A stretch of DNA of 63,809 nucleotides, counting the filler, from Circinaria calcarea (taxonomy: Eukaryota), in NCBI GenBank assembly GCA_051942165.1. It is 29 parts of 29 records of this genome, joined end to end, with 100 filler letters (N's around TTAATTAATTAA, not from the genome) between each part and the next. Parts side by side here need not be neighbours in the genome. Positions count along the whole stretch, not along the records: positions 61,715 to 63,809 come from JAVECS010003894.1; 28 more parts are not named here. One strand, 5' to 3'. Under the pieces are notes generated by a model that searched no databases, had not been told where the DNA came from, and saw only the letters and a program-made list of their open reading frames with translations. This document shows, piece by piece, positions 62,107 through 63,809 of the stretch. The position numbers and the translations under genes were made by a program. Every line of letters begins with the position of its first letter. Positions within the stretch are counted from its first letter, which is position 1.

Positions 62107-62365
62107 TATTGGGGTGGAGAAGCATGGAGAACTTGGTGTCAGGGATTACAGATTCCTTGGGACCATACCAGTGAATACGATGGTCTGCGTGACTTTGTAT
62201 AGTGTTCAAATGTCTCCTGTTTAGGACTAGTGAATCTTCTGTTTAGCGAGGCCCTTAGCATCCCACAGACTTTTAGATTGAGATTGCGAAATTAAGAGCA
62301 CTGCAGTTCGACAACGACGACCGCCAGCTTCCACGGACATCAATCTTGCGTCGCACCTCGTCAAG

Positions 62366-63809
62366 ATGGCGCCCAAAACTACAGGCAAGACGTATGGCTA
62401 CCTTCTACCCTTCACTCCTATACAACCATGCTATGAGGATCAGTCAGCTATAGTCATGTTCCGGCCGCTGGGTATGCCGTATCCTACATGACACAAGACC
62501 AGCTCGATATATCCCATAGCCAATTGCCATACGTACGAGAGCTTCTGACCTCGCTATGAGGCATTTGACATTGGGGTCTTGAGGTTGAGGACTTTGGTCC
62601 TCTCCTTTAAATCAATTTGCCATATCCTAACCTTCGATCACCGACTTGCGCCAAGTTCGTCGGCGTTCAATGAAGGGCAGGATAACGTGCAAAATCTCTC
62701 GAGCTTGCTCGAGGTTTTGTCGCTTGAGATCAATGTACATTTACGAACAGCTTTGCTTTGCCAGGCTTAGTAGTAAGGGTATCAATCTCATCGATTAAAT
62801 TCATTCCGTCGAGTCCATGCTCCCGTCCGAGAATGCCGCGCTCAAGCTGCAATTCTTCACTCGGCGTATTTAATCTATCCTTCTTGCGGACAGGCTATAC
62901 TGACTCCATCCGCTTCGGTGGCCTGTAGGACTGTCCCTACCGAAGACGAGATTCTTGTCCCAGAAACCCTCCTGAAGAAGCGCAAGAGCCAGGAGAAAGC
63001 GCGAGAGGAACGCTCAGCTGAGCTCGAGAAGAAAAAGAAGGTCAGTGCTATACTTTGTGCATAAATCTAAGCGTAGGGAGCTCTGCACGATGGTGATGAT
63101 AAATATCAAACTTACGACTAGATCCTCGGATCGATGTTGTCGTCTTGTTAACCATCTTTCGGGACTGAATCGTCAAGGATACTCTTTATCGTTTTGCTGA
63201 GTCTTAATACATAGAGCACGCATTGCTAACTCTATGCATCGCAGGCTGCCAAGGAGAAACGTGGTGTTATCTTCAAACGTGCCGAGTCGTATGTCAAGGA
63301 ATACCGCGACGCCGAGCGAGAGAAGATCCGCCTCATTCGTTTGAGCAAGCAAGAGGGTTCTTACTACGTCCCTGCTGAAGCCAAACTCGCCTTCGTTGTC
63401 CGCATCAAAGGGTATGCAACAGACGTCCAAGCACCTTTTCCCACCTATACTTATATTTTCTTCCCCATAGTATCAACAAAATCGCCCCTAAGCCCCGGAA
63501 AATCCTCCAACTCCTCCGCTTACTCCAAATCAACAACGGAGTATTCATCCGTCTCACCAAAGCCACCGGGGAAATGCTTAAAATTGTCGAACCCTACATC
63601 GCCTACGGGTACCCTTCCCTTAAGACCATCCGCGAACTCGTCTACAAGCGCGGTTACGGCAAGATCGACAAGCAGCGTATCCCCCTCACCGACAACCAGC
63701 TGATTGAAGACAACTTGGGCAAGTACGGCATCGTGTGCATGGAGGATCTGATCCACGAGTTGATTACCGTGGGGCCGAATTTCAAGCAGGCGAGCAATTT
63801 CCTGTGGCC
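62366..63809 (+). CDS. RPL7: 60S ribosomal protein L7 (uL30), 3' end missing; 4 exons seen
   Basis: [61 protein letters not shown] and EPYIAYGYP. Introns at 62392-62929, 63041-63244 and ~63412-63470. Confidence 0.96.
63087..63173 (+). ncRNA. Intronic box C/D snoRNA of the snR39/snR39B group (LSU rRNA 2'-O-methylation guide)
   Basis: Box C GTGATGA at 63093-63099 and box D CTGA at 63165-63168, with a terminal stem ACGAT/ATCGT. The guide ACCATCTTTCGGG is complementary to conserved LSU rRNA CCCGAAAGAUGGU. Confidence 0.88.

Noticed and set aside
62432..62550. ATGAGGA...CTGA as a second C/D snoRNA in RPL7 intron 1
   Set aside because: No terminal stem and no clean rRNA complement before the putative box D.

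Overview
This window is not a contiguous locus. It is 29 unrelated contigs of about 2.1 kb, sorted by decreasing length (2117 to 2095 bp) and joined by 28 identical 100-bp artificial spacers (N44-TTAATTAATTAA-N44). Gene neighbourhood across a spacer therefore means nothing. The DNA is from a filamentous ascomycete (Pezizomycotina): it has GT-AG introns with CTAAC/CTGAC-type branch sites, a HET domain, Pth11-like receptors and RIP-like AT-rich relics. Recognisable genes, mostly partial, include GABA aminotransferase (frameshifted), HET, two NIPA/DUF803 transporters, Mis12, Atg27, Brr6/Brl1, WDR70, an MMT-type CDF transporter, a SIRT4-like sirtuin, a CAP-like secreted protein, Sld3, dolichol kinase, ArsH, an ADGF-type adenosine deaminase, Yos1, mL40, a Na+/H+ antiporter, an O-methyltransferase, a GH45 endoglucanase, an FSH1 hydrolase, Snf8 and Rpl7. 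The most notable items not visible in the ORF track are: an intronic box C/D snoRNA in RPL7; an ArsH gene with a stop codon in a putative mitochondrial presequence, lying between an AT-rich island and a 12-bp array; an LTR-like repeat shared by two contigs, one copy next to a decayed SNF2-like helicase; a ~138-bp long inverted repeat; and several RIP-type nonsense codons in ordinary genes. I cannot support a claim of a novel multi-gene system from this fragmented window. All family calls are from motif recognition, not database searches.
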